Source: Dehalococcoidia bacterium (lineage in GTDB: Bacteria; Chloroflexota; Dehalococcoidia; UBA6926). From it: 64,000 bases of DNA. The notes under the pieces were generated by a model. It had not been told where the DNA came from and searched no databases. It saw only the letters and a list, made by a program, of their open reading frames with translations. Each line of letters begins with the position of its first letter. Within the stretch, counting starts at the first letter, position 1. Where the stretch lies: the NCBI GenBank assembly GCA_034422835.1, contig DAOUJJ010000013.1:12618-76617 (forward strand). The letters run 5' to 3'. Below, piece after piece: positions 48,300 to 58,776 of this stretch. A program made the translations under genes and the position numbers.

Positions 48300-48324
48300 A
48301 GCAGTACCAGTATAACCGCCCGCG

Positions 48325-48364
48325 CCCCCCTACAGCTTGCTGGCCAGTTCCTCCATGTGGCCGG
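48325..48364. repeat. Direct repeat copy 2 (the native phoU 3' end)
   Basis: CCCCCCTACAGCTTGCTGGCCAGTTCCTCCATGTGGCCGG; encodes the phoU C-terminus …HMEELASKL*. Confidence 0.75.
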
Positions 48365-49010
48365 TGACGAGGAAGACGACGCGCTCTGCGATGTTCGTCG
48401 TCCGGTCCGCGATGCGCTCAAAGTTATGTGTCGCCCACACCAGGTACGTCGCCTCCTGCACCAGCGACGGATTCTCAATCATGGTCTGAATCAGGGCGTG
48501 GTAGGACGAGTCCTGCATCGCGTCGACCTCATCGTCCTCCTCGCAGATCCTGCGGGCGGCGTCGGCATCGCGCTCTACCAACGCCGTCAATGCCCGCCGG
48601 AGCATGTCCCGGCACTTCTCCGCCATCTGCGGCAGCGTGTCCAGGGGCCGCACCGTGCTGTCCGCCCCGATCATCTCCGCGATGCGCGCATTGCCCTCCG
48701 CATGGTCCGCCATCCGCTCAAGATCGACAATGATGTTCAGCACGGCCACGACGACGCGCAGGTCGCCGGCCATCGGCTGCTGCGTTGCGATGACGCGGAT
48801 GGCCTTTTCCTCAGTGTCAAAGCGCGCCTTATCGATGCGCTCATCCTCGGCAACCACCTGCTGCGCAAGATTCGAGTCCCGATTCAGCAGCGCCTCCAGA
48901 GAGCGTTCGATGGACTTGTCCACCATGGAGCCCATGGCGAGAACGTCATCCAGGAGCTCTCGCAGCAGCCGATCAAAGTCGGTGCGGGTCGCGTGCGGTT
49001 CCATTGCCAT
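48330..49010 (-). CDS. phoU: Phosphate transport system regulator PhoU
   Basis: Two PhoU repeats (…DKARFDTEE…, …VVAVLNIIVDLERMADHA…). Confidence 0.9.
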   Translation of the reverse strand: MAMEPHATRTDFDRLLRELLDDVLAMGSMVDKSIERSLEALLNRDSNLAQQVVAEDERIDKARFDTEEKAIRVIATQQPMAGDLRVVVAVLNIIVDLERMADHAEGNARIAEMIGADSTVRPLDTLPQMAEKCRDMLRRALTALVERDADAARRICEEDDEVDAMQDSSYHALIQTMIENPSLVQEATYLVWATHNFERIADRTTNIAERVVFLVTGHMEELASKL

Positions 49011-49063
49011 CGTCCGTCACCTCCCCCGATTACGGGTTGGTCTTGACAGGTTATACAGTCTAC

Positions 49064-49999
49064 CTAACTGAAGCGGCCAGTGATATAGTCCTCCGTCGTC
49101 TTCTCCCGCGGATTCGTGAATATCTCTGACGTAGCATCGTATTCCACCAGCATCCCGGCCCGGTCCTCCCCCATGTGCATGAACGCCGTCATCTCGGATA
49201 CCCGCGCCGCCTGCTGCATGTTGTGCGTCACAACAAGAATGGTGTACTCATGCCCCAACTCCTGCATCAGTTCCTCGATGCGAAGCGTTGACGCCGGGTC
49301 CAGCGCGGAGCATGGCTCATCCATGAGAATCACGTCCGGCTCAACGGCCAGCGTTCGCGCGATGCAGAGCCGCTGCTGCTGACCGCCGGAAAGCTCATTC
49401 CCCTGTTGCTTCAGCTTGTCTTTCACCTCGTCCCACAGCGCCGCCTGCGTCAGGCATCGCTCAACAATCTCATCCAGCTCCGCGCGTTTCTTGATGCCGT
49501 GGCGTCGTGGTCCGTAGGTGATGTTGTCATAGATGGACATCGGCAGAGGGTTTGGCCGTTGGAACACCATCCCGACGGCGCGGCGCAGTTCAGTCACGTC
49601 CACGCGGCGGTCATAGATCGGCACGCCGCTCATCTCGACAGTGCCCTCGATCCGCGCGCCCGGGATCAGATCGTTCATGCGGTTGAAGCTGCGCAGGAGT
49701 GAACTCTTGCCGCAGCCGGACGCGCCGATAATCGCCGTCACCGTGCGTTCGGGAATCTCCACGGAGATGTCCTTCAGCGCCCGGAACTCGCCGTAATAAA
49801 GCGACATATTCTCCGTGCGCAGTGAAACCGGCCGCTTTGATACCGCTATCCGACCCGTCGCCTGTTGAACCGTCATCGCATTGTTCGGACTGCCCGCTGC
49901 TTCCTGTTGTGTAGCCGCGTTCGCTACGGTCGTCATGATAGGCGCCCGCAGCGGCTCGGCGCTACCTGGGCTTTTAGTCAGATTGTTCGTCATTGTCAT
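49064..49999 (-). CDS. pstB: Phosphate ABC transporter ATP-binding protein (copy 1, with N-terminal low-complexity extension; true start uncertain)
   Basis: …[37 protein letters not shown]…[13 protein letters not shown]…. Confidence 0.85.
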   Translation of the reverse strand: MTMTNNLTKSPGSAEPLRAPIMTTVANAATQQEAAGSPNNAMTVQQATGRIAVSKRPVSLRTENMSLYYGEFRALKDISVEIPERTVTAIIGASGCGKSSLLRSFNRMNDLIPGARIEGTVEMSGVPIYDRRVDVTELRRAVGMVFQRPNPLPMSIYDNITYGPRRHGIKKRAELDEIVERCLTQAALWDEVKDKLKQQGNELSGGQQQRLCIARTLAVEPDVILMDEPCSALDPASTLRIEELMQELGHEYTILVVTHNMQQAARVSEMTAFMHMGEDRAGMLVEYDATSEIFTNPREKTTEDYITGRFS

Positions 50000-50866
50000 T
50001 TATCCGAATCGTCCTGTGATGTAGTCCTCCGTCGCGCGTTTCATCGGCGTGGAGAATATCTGCCCCGTCTCTCCGGTCTCAACGACGTAACCGGTCTGCT
50101 GGTCATCAACCGTCAGGAACGTCGTGTAATCGGACACGCGCGCCGCCTGCTGCATGTTATGCGTGACCAAAACGATGGTGTAATTCGGCGCGAGCTCCCG
50201 CATCAGGCCCTCAATCGCCAGCGTCGCAATCGGATCGAGAGATGAACACGGCTCGTCCATCAGGATGACCTCCGGGTCAAGCGCCAGCGTCCGTGCGATG
50301 CAGAGGCGTTGCTGCTGTCCGCCGGACAACGTGTACGCCGAATCCTTCAGCCTGTCCTTTACCTCGTCCCACAACGCAGCCTGCCGCAGGCACCGCTCGA
50401 CGAGCGCGTCCATATCCCCCTTGAACCTCGCGATGCGCGGCCCAAACGCCACGTTGTCATAGATCGACTTCGGGAACGGGTTGGGCTTCTGGAACACCAT
50501 CCCGATGCGGAACCGAATCTCGGTGGGGTCCGCATCCTCCGCGTACACGTTGTCACCATGGAACAGGACTTCACCCTCCACACGCGCTGTGCGGATCAGG
50601 TCATTCATCCGATTCATGCATCGCAGGAGCGAACTCTTGCCGCAGCCGGACGGCCCGATGAACGCCGTGATCTTGCGCGGTGGAATGTCCAGGTTCACGT
50701 CCTTCAGCGCCTGAAATCCACCGTAGAACAGATTCAACCCGCGCACTGATAGCGCAGGTGGCGCGGAAATCGCTGTCGCAGTTGCCATATATGTAACTCT
50801 CTCCCTGCCTGCCTTATTCTTCGGACCGCCGCTGGAACCTGTCCCGCAGCAGGATTGCCGTCGCAT
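50000..50866 (-). CDS. pstB: Phosphate ABC transporter ATP-binding protein (copy 2)
   Basis: …[37 protein letters not shown]…. Confidence 0.9.
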   Translation of the reverse strand: MRRQSCCGTGSSGGPKNKAGRERVTYMATATAISAPPALSVRGLNLFYGGFQALKDVNLDIPPRKITAFIGPSGCGKSSLLRCMNRMNDLIRTARVEGEVLFHGDNVYAEDADPTEIRFRIGMVFQKPNPFPKSIYDNVAFGPRIARFKGDMDALVERCLRQAALWDEVKDRLKDSAYTLSGGQQQRLCIARTLALDPEVILMDEPCSSLDPIATLAIEGLMRELAPNYTIVLVTHNMQQAARVSDYTTFLTVDDQQTGYVVETGETGQIFSTPMKRATEDYITGRFG

Positions 50867-51728
50867 TCATCGTCAGCAGAACGAGCAGCAGGATGATGAT
50901 TGCCGCGGCCGTCACGTGCTGCCAGTCCAGCTGCGGACGTGAGACCCAGTTGAAGATCTGGATGGGCAGCACAGTGAATCGCTCGAATGGATGCCCGGGC
51001 GTGAAGGTGACGAAGACAAGACCAGAGATGGCCAGCAGCGGCGCCGCCTCACCGATCGCGCGGGACATCGCAAGGATCGTGCCCGTCAGGATGCCCGGCA
51101 GCGCGGACGGCAGTACCACGTGCCGTACTGTCTGCCAACGCGTCGCTCCCAGTGCCAACGACCCCTGCCGATAGCTGTCCGGCACCGCTCGAATCGCCTC
51201 TCGTCCCGCCACGATTAACAGCGGCAGCACCAGCAGCGTTAGTGTCAGCGCGCCGGCAAGGATGACCCGGTCCAGGCTCAGAAGGAACACAAAGACGGCC
51301 AGACCCAACAGCCCGTACACGATGGACGGAACGCCAGCCAGGTTGGATATGTTCACTTCAATCAGCTGCGTCAGCCTGTTGCGCGGCGCGTACTCCTCGA
51401 GATAGATCGCTGTCGCCGTCCCGATGGGGAAAGTGAATAGCGCCGTCAGCCCGCCAACCCACAGCGTCCCGAATAAAGCGGAGCGCAATCCGGCGTCTGC
51501 GGGTCGCCGCGATGGATAGGTCGACAGGAAATCCCAGTCAATCCACGGCAGCCCGTCAATAAGAACATCGATAATAAGGGCGGCCAGCGTCGCAAGTCCT
51601 ACGAGCGTCGACAGGAAGAACAGCACGACCGCCGCGTTGCCAAGCCAGCGCCGCCCGCGCAGACTCCGGTGAAATTGCTCCGCGCTAACGCTGCCGACGC
51701 CGTTGGTGTTCGTTGATTCCATTGACAT
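50814..51728 (-). CDS. pstA: Phosphate ABC transporter permease PstA
   Basis: BPD permease motif; position in operon. Confidence 0.85.
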   Translation of the reverse strand: MSMESTNTNGVGSVSAEQFHRSLRGRRWLGNAAVVLFFLSTLVGLATLAALIIDVLIDGLPWIDWDFLSTYPSRRPADAGLRSALFGTLWVGGLTALFTFPIGTATAIYLEEYAPRNRLTQLIEVNISNLAGVPSIVYGLLGLAVFVFLLSLDRVILAGALTLTLLVLPLLIVAGREAIRAVPDSYRQGSLALGATRWQTVRHVVLPSALPGILTGTILAMSRAIGEAAPLLAISGLVFVTFTPGHPFERFTVLPIQIFNWVSRPQLDWQHVTAAAIIILLLVLLTMNATAILLRDRFQRRSEE

Positions 51729-51734
51729 GTGCCC

Positions 51735-52688
51735 TTAGTACGCCTGCCGCCAGCGTCGGACCACCCAATGGCCAAGAACGTTCATGGCGAGCGTCATCAC
51801 GAACAGCAGCAGGGCCACAGCGAAGATCGTGTAGTAGATCGTCGTCCCCTGCGGCGTCTCGCCGAAACCAACCTGCACGATGTAGGCCGTCATCGTCTGG
51901 ATGCTCTCCCGCGGGTCCAGCGTGAGACGTGGTGTCGCACCCGCAGCGATCGTGACCAGCATCGTCTCTCCTATCGCGCGGGAGAGCCCGAGAATAATTG
52001 CGGCCACGATGCCGGACAACGCCGCCGGCGTCACCACCCGCATTGCCACCTCAAACCGTGTTGCGCCCAGCGCATAGGCCGCCTCGCGGAGTGAGCGTGG
52101 CACGGCCAGCATCGCGTCCTCCGTGAGGGAAGACACGATCGGGATGATCATTACCCCCATCACAAGCCCCGCGCTCAGGGCGTTGAAGATAATCATGTCC
52201 GGGAAGAGGAACTGCTGCAGCAGGGGCGTCACGAACGTGAGGGCGAAATAGCCGTAGACCACAGTCGGAATGCCCGCCAGAATCTCCAGCATCGGCTTGA
52301 CGATGCGTCGGAAGCGGTCCGGCGCGTACTCGCTCAGGAAGATAGCCGTGAACAGCCCCACCGGTCCCGCCACCAGGATTGCGATGGCAGCCACGAGGAT
52401 GGTGCCGGCAACAAGTGGGAGCACGCCGAAGAGAGATGGCTGGAACCGTGGAGTCCATACCGTGCCGGTCAGGAATTCGATGACAGAGACTTCCTGGAAG
52501 AACCGGAAGCTCTCATTGACCAGTACAAAGACGATTCCCAGGGTCGTGGCGATTGAGATAACCGTTGCGCCGAGAAGAAGCATGTGGATTGCCGTCTCGG
52601 TTCCGCGCTCTGCCCGTGAGCCGGACAGCAGGCGTTTCTCCAGGTCCTCCCGCGAAACGCGAGGCGCGCTAAATGACGCTCCAGCCAA
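51735..52688 (-). CDS. pstC: Phosphate ABC transporter permease PstC
   Basis: BPD permease motif; position in operon. Confidence 0.85.
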   Translation of the reverse strand: MAGASFSAPRVSREDLEKRLLSGSRAERGTETAIHMLLLGATVISIATTLGIVFVLVNESFRFFQEVSVIEFLTGTVWTPRFQPSLFGVLPLVAGTILVAAIAILVAGPVGLFTAIFLSEYAPDRFRRIVKPMLEILAGIPTVVYGYFALTFVTPLLQQFLFPDMIIFNALSAGLVMGVMIIPIVSSLTEDAMLAVPRSLREAAYALGATRFEVAMRVVTPAALSGIVAAIILGLSRAIGETMLVTIAAGATPRLTLDPRESIQTMTAYIVQVGFGETPQGTTIYYTIFAVALLLFVMTLAMNVLGHWVVRRWRQAY

Positions 52689-52749
52689 GAATGTGGTCCT
52701 TCCCCAGTTGGCCCCGACAGCCCCCGCGCATTAGGATGCCCCACCCAGA

Positions 52750-53220
52750 TTAAGCGCGGGTTAAGAAACCAAAAACCGCCGCCTCCTCAGGCACCGGTAT
52801 CCCCAACTCATCCAGCAACACAAGCACACGTGCCCGTATCGTGTCGCGTATCTCCCGCACCGCCGCAACCGGAAGTCCCTTCGGATCGGGCAGCCCCCAA
52901 TCCTCCGCATCAAATATCGCGCCGGGGCACGCGTCATCAACGTTGCACCCCATGGTGATGACCCTGTCGGCGCCTTCCAGCATCTCCTCCGTCACCACCT
53001 GCGGCGTCGCGTCTCCCAGGTCCAGCCCGATCTCCCGCATTACGTCAACCACTTCGGGATGCACGTGTTCTGCCGGCATTGTCCCCGCGGACATCGCGGT
53101 GGCCCTTCCATCGGAGAGAACATTCAGCAGTGACGCCGCCATTTGGCTGCGGCCTGCGTTGTGAACACAAACGAATAGAATCTCCGGATGCTGATTCGAA
53201 GAGCGATTTGCTTCAGTCAT
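52750..53220 (-). CDS. arsC: Arsenate reductase, LMW-PTPase/thioredoxin-coupled type
   Basis: P-loop ILFVCVHNAGRSQMA (CX5R). Embedded between pstC and pstS. Confidence 0.75.
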   Translation of the reverse strand: MTEANRSSNQHPEILFVCVHNAGRSQMAASLLNVLSDGRATAMSAGTMPAEHVHPEVVDVMREIGLDLGDATPQVVTEEMLEGADRVITMGCNVDDACPGAIFDAEDWGLPDPKGLPVAAVREIRDTIRARVLVLLDELGIPVPEEAAVFGFLTRA

Positions 53221-53335
53221 CTCCTCACCTCACAGTGTCCATAGTTTCCCGGGATTCTCATGAAGGATGGTCTTTCGGGTGGGAGAACTTGGGAGGAGCA
53301 TCCCACCCGAAAGACCTGTTCCATACTTGGAGGCG

Positions 53336-55258
53336 CTAGGCCCCGGTGTATGCCTTGACCAGTTTGCCCTTCTCCTCGTCGTAGTCGGGGAGGGCAGTGT
53401 AGCCGACCTCCGGCACGAGCCGTGGCAGGTTGTCGAGGTAGTAATCGACAAACAGCTTGAGTTCAGGCCGCGCGCGTAGCTTGTTGACGTCCACGTAGAT
53501 GAAGATCGGGCGGGCCAGCGGCGCATAGCTGCCGTCCGCGACCGTCTCATCACTTGGAGCCACACAGCCGTTGCCGCCGTCGATCTCCACCAGCTTCAGC
53601 TGGCTCGCATTCTCCGCGTAGTAGGCGTACCCGAAGTAGCCCAGGGAATTGCGGTCACCAGCGATGCCGCGCACCAGTACGTTGTCGTCAGAGGACGCCA
53701 CGTAGTTGGAGCGGGAGACGCCCTCATCGCCATTCACAACGTCCGTGAAGTAGTCGAACGTGCCGGACTCCGTGTCAGGCCCATAGAGACTGATCGGTTC
53801 GTCCGGGAAACCGGCGCGGACGTCGTCCCATGAATCGACGGTGCTGTCCGGCTTCCAGATCTCATTGAGCTCGGCAATGGTCAGACAATTCACGAAGTCG
53901 TTGGATGTATTGACCATGACGGCCAGTCCGTCCAGCGCAACGGTCAACTCAACCCACGGGATCCCGTTCTCCGCGGCGGCCGTCGCCTCGGATTCCTTGA
54001 TCGGGCGTGAAGCGTCGGAAATCTCCGTCTCGCCGACGGTGAAGCGCTTGAATCCGCCGCCCGTGCCGGACACGCCTACGTTGACACGGATGTTGTTGTA
54101 CTCAATGCCGAAGTCCTCGGCAACCGCCTCGGAGATCGGTGCAACCGTGCTTGAGCCGTCAATCTCGATGGTTCCTGAGAGGTTCATCAGATCAGGCGGG
54201 TTCGACATGATCTGGAGCGCCGCCGCAATCTTGGCCTTCTCAAAGTCGTATGACGGAAGCGCCGTGTATCCAACCTCCGGCACCAGCACCGGCGCCTGGT
54301 CCAGGTAGAAGTTCACGAATGCCTGCAACTCGGGGCGAGCAGCCAGCTTGTCCGCGTCCACGTAGATAAAGATCGGGCGGGCCAGCGGCGCATAGCTGCC
54401 ATCCGCCACTGTCGCATCGCTTGGCTCAACGCAGCCGTTGCCGCCGTCGATTGCCACGAGCTTCAACTGGCCGGCGTTCTCGGCGTAGTAGGCGTATCCG
54501 AAGTAACCCAAAGAGTTGCGGTCCCCGGAAATGCCGCGCACCAGCACGTTGTCATCTGACGAGGCAACGTAATCAGAGCGGGACACACCCTCGTCGCCAT
54601 TCACCACGTCTGTGAAGTAGTCGAACGTGCCGGATTCCGTGTCCGGGCCGTACAGGTTGAGGTCGTCACTTGGGAAACTTGAGCGCACGTCATCCCATGA
54701 ATCAACAGTGCTGCCCGGCTTCCAGATCTCGTGCAGCTCCTCAACGGTGAGGCACGTCACGAAATCGTTCTGCGTGCTGACCATGACAGCCAACCCGTCC
54801 AGCGCCACAGTCAGCGGGATGAAGTTGATGCCGTTTGCGACGGCTTGTCCTGCCTCACTGTCCTTGATGGGACGTGACGCATCGGAAATCTCGGTCTCGC
54901 CCACGGTGAAGCGCTTGAATCCGCCGCCCGTGCCGGAGATGCCGACGTTCACGCGAACGTCAGGATGCACCGCCAGGAACTCCTCGGCCACCGCCTCGGA
55001 AATTGGCGCGACCGTGCTGGAGCCGTCAATCTCGATGGTTCCCGAAAGCTCTACCCCGCCCGACGTGGTGGTCGTCTGGGATGTTGTTCCGCCCGACGTG
55101 GGGGGAGTCGAAACCTGCGCCCCACTACTGGACGAATTCGAATCTGATTCGGACGCTGACGACTCGTCGTCTCCACATGCCGCGCCCCCAAGCACGACAA
55201 TCAGTCCAAGAGCGCCGACAAATAACAACTGACGCCATGTCTTACCTAACTGCATCAT
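53336..55258 (-). CDS. pstS: Phosphate-binding lipoprotein PstS, tandem duplication of two PBP domains in one chain
   Basis: Two repeats of …SGTIEIDGSSTVAPISEAVAE…VNVG(I/V)SGTGGGFKRF… Signal peptide plus lipobox GGAACG. Start taken at MMQLGK after SD AAGGAGG; the track ORF extends to 55315. Confidence 0.85.
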   Translation of the reverse strand: MMQLGKTWRQLLFVGALGLIVVLGGAACGDDESSASESDSNSSSSGAQVSTPPTSGGTTSQTTTTSGGVELSGTIEIDGSSTVAPISEAVAEEFLAVHPDVRVNVGISGTGGGFKRFTVGETEISDASRPIKDSEAGQAVANGINFIPLTVALDGLAVMVSTQNDFVTCLTVEELHEIWKPGSTVDSWDDVRSSFPSDDLNLYGPDTESGTFDYFTDVVNGDEGVSRSDYVASSDDNVLVRGISGDRNSLGYFGYAYYAENAGQLKLVAIDGGNGCVEPSDATVADGSYAPLARPIFIYVDADKLAARPELQAFVNFYLDQAPVLVPEVGYTALPSYDFEKAKIAAALQIMSNPPDLMNLSGTIEIDGSSTVAPISEAVAEDFGIEYNNIRVNVGVSGTGGGFKRFTVGETEISDASRPIKESEATAAAENGIPWVELTVALDGLAVMVNTSNDFVNCLTIAELNEIWKPDSTVDSWDDVRAGFPDEPISLYGPDTESGTFDYFTDVVNGDEGVSRSNYVASSDDNVLVRGIAGDRNSLGYFGYAYYAENASQLKLVEIDGGNGCVAPSDETVADGSYAPLARPIFIYVDVNKLRARPELKLFVDYYLDNLPRLVPEVGYTALPDYDEEKGKLVKAYTGA

Positions 55259-55319
55259 TCCTCCTTCTTCACCTGCCGTGTGATGCACCAAGTTCTCAAA
55301 ACTGAGCGTAGGCAAGGCG

Positions 55320-55359
55320 GATTAAAGAGGTGACAACACGCGGTTAAATCACGATTAAG
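55320..55359 (-). promoter_or_regulatory. Putative Pho box (four direct TT(A/T)A(A/T)C / TTGTCA repeats at ~11-bp spacing) upstream of pstS
   Basis: Minus-strand reading: TTAATCgtgaTTTAACCgcgtgTTGTCACctcTTTAATC. Confidence 0.35.
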
Positions 55360-55393
55360 GCATCCTTGCGTACCGATGCCACCACGGAGCGCC

Positions 55394-58198
55394 TTAGGAC
55401 ATCTGCCCCCAGGACGGCCCCGACTTCACGTCCACCACCAGCGGCACGTCAAGCTCCGGCATAACCAGAGGCATAACCTCATCGACGATGGCCGTCAGCG
55501 CCTCCTGCTCGTCGTCCGGGGCTTCGAACAGCAGCTCATCGTGAATCTGCAGCAGCATCAGTGTCCGCATCTCCGATTCATCAAGCCGCTCCTGCATCCT
55601 TAGCATCGCAAGCTTGATGATCTCAGCGGCAGTCCCCTGTACCGGCATGTTGATGGCCATCCGCTCCGCCGCCGCGCGTGCCTGCTGGTTGGATGCCTTG
55701 ATCTCCGGCAGGTACCGTCGCCGCCCCAGCAACGTTTGCACGTAGCCGTTCTCACGCGCCCCGGCGATGGTGTCGTCCATGTACTTTCGCACCTTGGGGA
55801 ACCGCTCGAAATATGCCTCGATGAACGCGTCCGCCTCCTTGCGTTCTATCTCAAGGCGTGTTGACAGCCCGAACCCGCCCATTCCATAGACGATGCCGAA
55901 ATTGACGGCTTTCGCGATTCGCCGATGCTCTGACGTCACGTCCTCAGGACGAAGTCCCATTACGGTTGAGGCTGTTGACGAGTGAATGTCCTCTCCGGCG
56001 TGAAACGCATCCTTGAGTCCCCCGTCATCCGACAGGTGTGCCAGCACGCGCAGTTCCACCTGCGAATAATCCGCCGACACCAACTGCGACCCGTCGCTCG
56101 CGATGAATGCCTCACGGATCCGGCGTCCTGATTCCGTGCGCACGGGGATGTTCTGCAGATTCGGGTCCTGCGACGCGATACGACCCGTCGCGGAGCCTGT
56201 TTGATTGAAGCTCGTGTGAATACGTCCCGTGCCCGTGTACACGTCCTTCGGCAGCGAGTCCACATACGTTGATACCAACTTGGACAATTCACGGTATTCA
56301 AGGATGCGCTGAACGATGTGGCTGTGCTGTTCCCCGCTCTTGACCAGACCCTCCAGGACGGCAGCGTCGGTTGAGTAACCCGTCTGCGTGCGTCGACGCG
56401 CGGGCAGCCCCAGCTTTTCGAACAGCACCTCGCCCAGCTGTTTCGGAGAATTAAGGTTGAAGACAAGGGGCTCGTCCATACCGGCCCCCGCGCCGGCCTC
56501 GTCGTAGATTTCCTGCGTCATCTGATTGAGGTTTGCGTGCATCTCTTCAGACATGGTCGCCAACAGCCCGGCATCCAGGCGGACGCCGTTCCGCTCCATC
56601 CGTGACAGAACCGGCGCGAGCGGCATCTCAAGGCCCTCAAACAGAGGACTCGCCCCTTGCTCTTCAAGAATCGGCGCCCACGACTCCATCATCCGCAGCG
56701 TGTAGTCGGCGGCGGAGCATGTGTATTGCAAAGCCGTCTGCTCGTCCAGAGCATGGAACGGAACCGCCTTTGCACCGCGTCCCAACAGCTCTTCCCGGGT
56801 CGGCAGTTCCTGCCCAAATTCAGACAGGACGAGTATTGGCAGGGCAGTGGACGGCTTGCCGAGCATGTGGGCTGCAACGGACGTGTCCCAGATCGCGTTC
56901 TCCACCGTCACGCCGCCGTTCTGGAGCGGGGGCAAAATCTCACGCGCGACATGCGTTACCAGCGTCCGCGGACTTCCCTCCGGCCCGTTTTCAGCAAGAA
57001 AACGCCGGAGACGGTGGAGCATATCGCTGCCCGCCGCCATGGGTATTCCAAGTCCCTCTTGCATCAGGGGGATGTATGCCGCCTGCCCGGAGGCCCAGGA
57101 GATTCCTATGCCCACAGGCACACCCTCCATCACACGTTGGGATGTGACCGGCACGACGATGGAGAAATGCGTGGCATCGGAGATTTCAGTAAGCAGGTCT
57201 TCTAACTCTTGTGCGGTCGCGATGGTTCGGTATGTCGTGTCCACGTCCGGCGCCGGCGTGGTCTCCTCAACAACTGCCGTGTCACCGCCAACATCGGGTA
57301 TCCGATTCAAGAGCGACGTAAACTCCATTTCACGGAAGAATGCGACCAGGCGTGACCGGTCAAAGTTCTCCGTCCACTGCAGGTCATCCAGCGTCACCGG
57401 CAGGTCAAGTTCCGTGACGATCCGCGTGAGCTCCAGTCCCTGCATTGCGGCCTCGCGCCCGTCAACCAGGCGTTGCCGTACGCGCTCCGGCGTGACGTTG
57501 TCAATGTGCTCATATAGCTCGCCGACGGTGCCGTACTCGCTAAGGAGTGTCGTTGCCGTCTTTGCACCCACTCCCTGCACGCCGGGGATGTTATCGGATG
57601 GATCCCCCTGCAGCGCCTTCAAGTCCGGTATCTGCTCCGGCGAAAGCCCGTACCGCTCTTTCACCGCGTCAGGATCAAAGAGGGATTCATTTCTTGCTCC
57701 TCGCTGATACAAGATGCTGACTGTAGGGGAGACCAACTGCATCGTGTCCTGGTCTCCCGTCACGATGATTGTCCGCAGCCCCTGCTCCGTAGCGCGCCGC
57801 GAAAAATGCCCAAGCACGTCGTCCGCCTCATAGCCCGGCAGTTCGACGATGGACAGGCCAATCGTTTCGACGGCTTCTCGCACCCGTCCGTACTGGGCGC
57901 GCATCTCATCCGGCATATGGGGGCGCTGTGCCTTGTAGCCGTCATACATCTCATGGCGGAACGTGGGGCCGGACACGTCAAACGCTACGGCCGCGTACGC
58001 CGGCCGTCTTTCACTAAGGACCTTCAAGAGCGAGGCTGAGACGCCAAAGACTGCATTCGTGGCCTCACCTGAGTGCGAGACCGATAGATGTTGAATGGCA
58101 TGAAACGCGCGATGGAACATCGCGTGGCCATCAAAGAGCACGACGAGATCGTTATCAATCCCCCGGCCCTGTTTCCGTCCTGCCGCCGATTGTGTCAT
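55394..58198 (-). CDS. polA: DNA polymerase I
   Basis: 5'-3' exonuclease, 3'-5' exonuclease and polymerase A-family motifs (…DYSQVELR…, …KAVNFGIVYG…). Confidence 0.95.
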   Translation of the reverse strand: MTQSAAGRKQGRGIDNDLVVLFDGHAMFHRAFHAIQHLSVSHSGEATNAVFGVSASLLKVLSERRPAYAAVAFDVSGPTFRHEMYDGYKAQRPHMPDEMRAQYGRVREAVETIGLSIVELPGYEADDVLGHFSRRATEQGLRTIIVTGDQDTMQLVSPTVSILYQRGARNESLFDPDAVKERYGLSPEQIPDLKALQGDPSDNIPGVQGVGAKTATTLLSEYGTVGELYEHIDNVTPERVRQRLVDGREAAMQGLELTRIVTELDLPVTLDDLQWTENFDRSRLVAFFREMEFTSLLNRIPDVGGDTAVVEETTPAPDVDTTYRTIATAQELEDLLTEISDATHFSIVVPVTSQRVMEGVPVGIGISWASGQAAYIPLMQEGLGIPMAAGSDMLHRLRRFLAENGPEGSPRTLVTHVAREILPPLQNGGVTVENAIWDTSVAAHMLGKPSTALPILVLSEFGQELPTREELLGRGAKAVPFHALDEQTALQYTCSAADYTLRMMESWAPILEEQGASPLFEGLEMPLAPVLSRMERNGVRLDAGLLATMSEEMHANLNQMTQEIYDEAGAGAGMDEPLVFNLNSPKQLGEVLFEKLGLPARRRTQTGYSTDAAVLEGLVKSGEQHSHIVQRILEYRELSKLVSTYVDSLPKDVYTGTGRIHTSFNQTGSATGRIASQDPNLQNIPVRTESGRRIREAFIASDGSQLVSADYSQVELRVLAHLSDDGGLKDAFHAGEDIHSSTASTVMGLRPEDVTSEHRRIAKAVNFGIVYGMGGFGLSTRLEIERKEADAFIEAYFERFPKVRKYMDDTIAGARENGYVQTLLGRRRYLPEIKASNQQARAAAERMAINMPVQGTAAEIIKLAMLRMQERLDESEMRTLMLLQIHDELLFEAPDDEQEALTAIVDEVMPLVMPELDVPLVVDVKSGPSWGQMS

Positions 58199-58234
58199 GC
58201 CATTGCGCCTGGCTCTTCCCCGTGGGCGATGAGC

Positions 58235-58687
58235 CTACGGGTCCGGGGTCGCGTCTCTGTCCTCCGGCAGCATCCACGCCCGCAGCGCAAGCACCCGCGC
58301 CCGTGCTCGATGAAGCTCTCCCAACGCCTCAATGATCGCATGCGCGTCAGGCCAACCGGCCATATCCACGTCTTTGCGGAAGGGATGTGTCGTGATGTGA
58401 AGCGGCAACAACGCGCGTGCCGCCTCATGGACGGGCGCTACGGTCAGGGGGTCTTCAGTCAGGTACTGTCCAAGACTGCCGAGACGGTCAGCAAGGACCC
58501 TTACGCGCGACTCCGCCTCACGAAGCGCGGTTATCGCCTCCGAGTACCGTTCACGGGGCGTCTTGGTTTCGCCGCCGCCTGTAACCATGCGTGCCGCTTC
58601 AGGCGGCGAAGCTTCACGTCGCTGCATCATTGTTCTGACACAAGAGTACCGTAGAGGAAGAAAACATGCCTGCCTCGCGTTGCTCAC
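58235..58687 (-). CDS. Hypothetical protein (start uncertain)
   Basis: ORF without recognisable motifs, upstream of polA. Confidence 0.25.
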   Translation of the reverse strand: MSNARQACFLPLRYSCVRTMMQRREASPPEAARMVTGGGETKTPRERYSEAITALREAESRVRVLADRLGSLGQYLTEDPLTVAPVHEAARALLPLHITTHPFRKDVDMAGWPDAHAIIEALGELHRARARVLALRAWMLPEDRDATPDP

Positions 58688-58691
58688 GCTG

Positions 58692-58720
58692 TTGACGATG
58701 CAATCACTTGCCCCATAATC
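58692..58720 (+). promoter_or_regulatory. Sigma70-like promoter TTGACG-17-ATAATC for SBP paralogue 1
   Basis: The -10 region plus downstream CGATA(A/G)GT is repeated upstream of paralogue 3 (62692-62727). Paralogue 2 has TTGACA-17-ATACTC (60619-60647). Confidence 0.4.
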
Positions 58721-58776
58721 GATAGGTAAGCGCGGAACGAGTATTTATGGTTATCGTGCAGCGAGGACGAGAGCAA

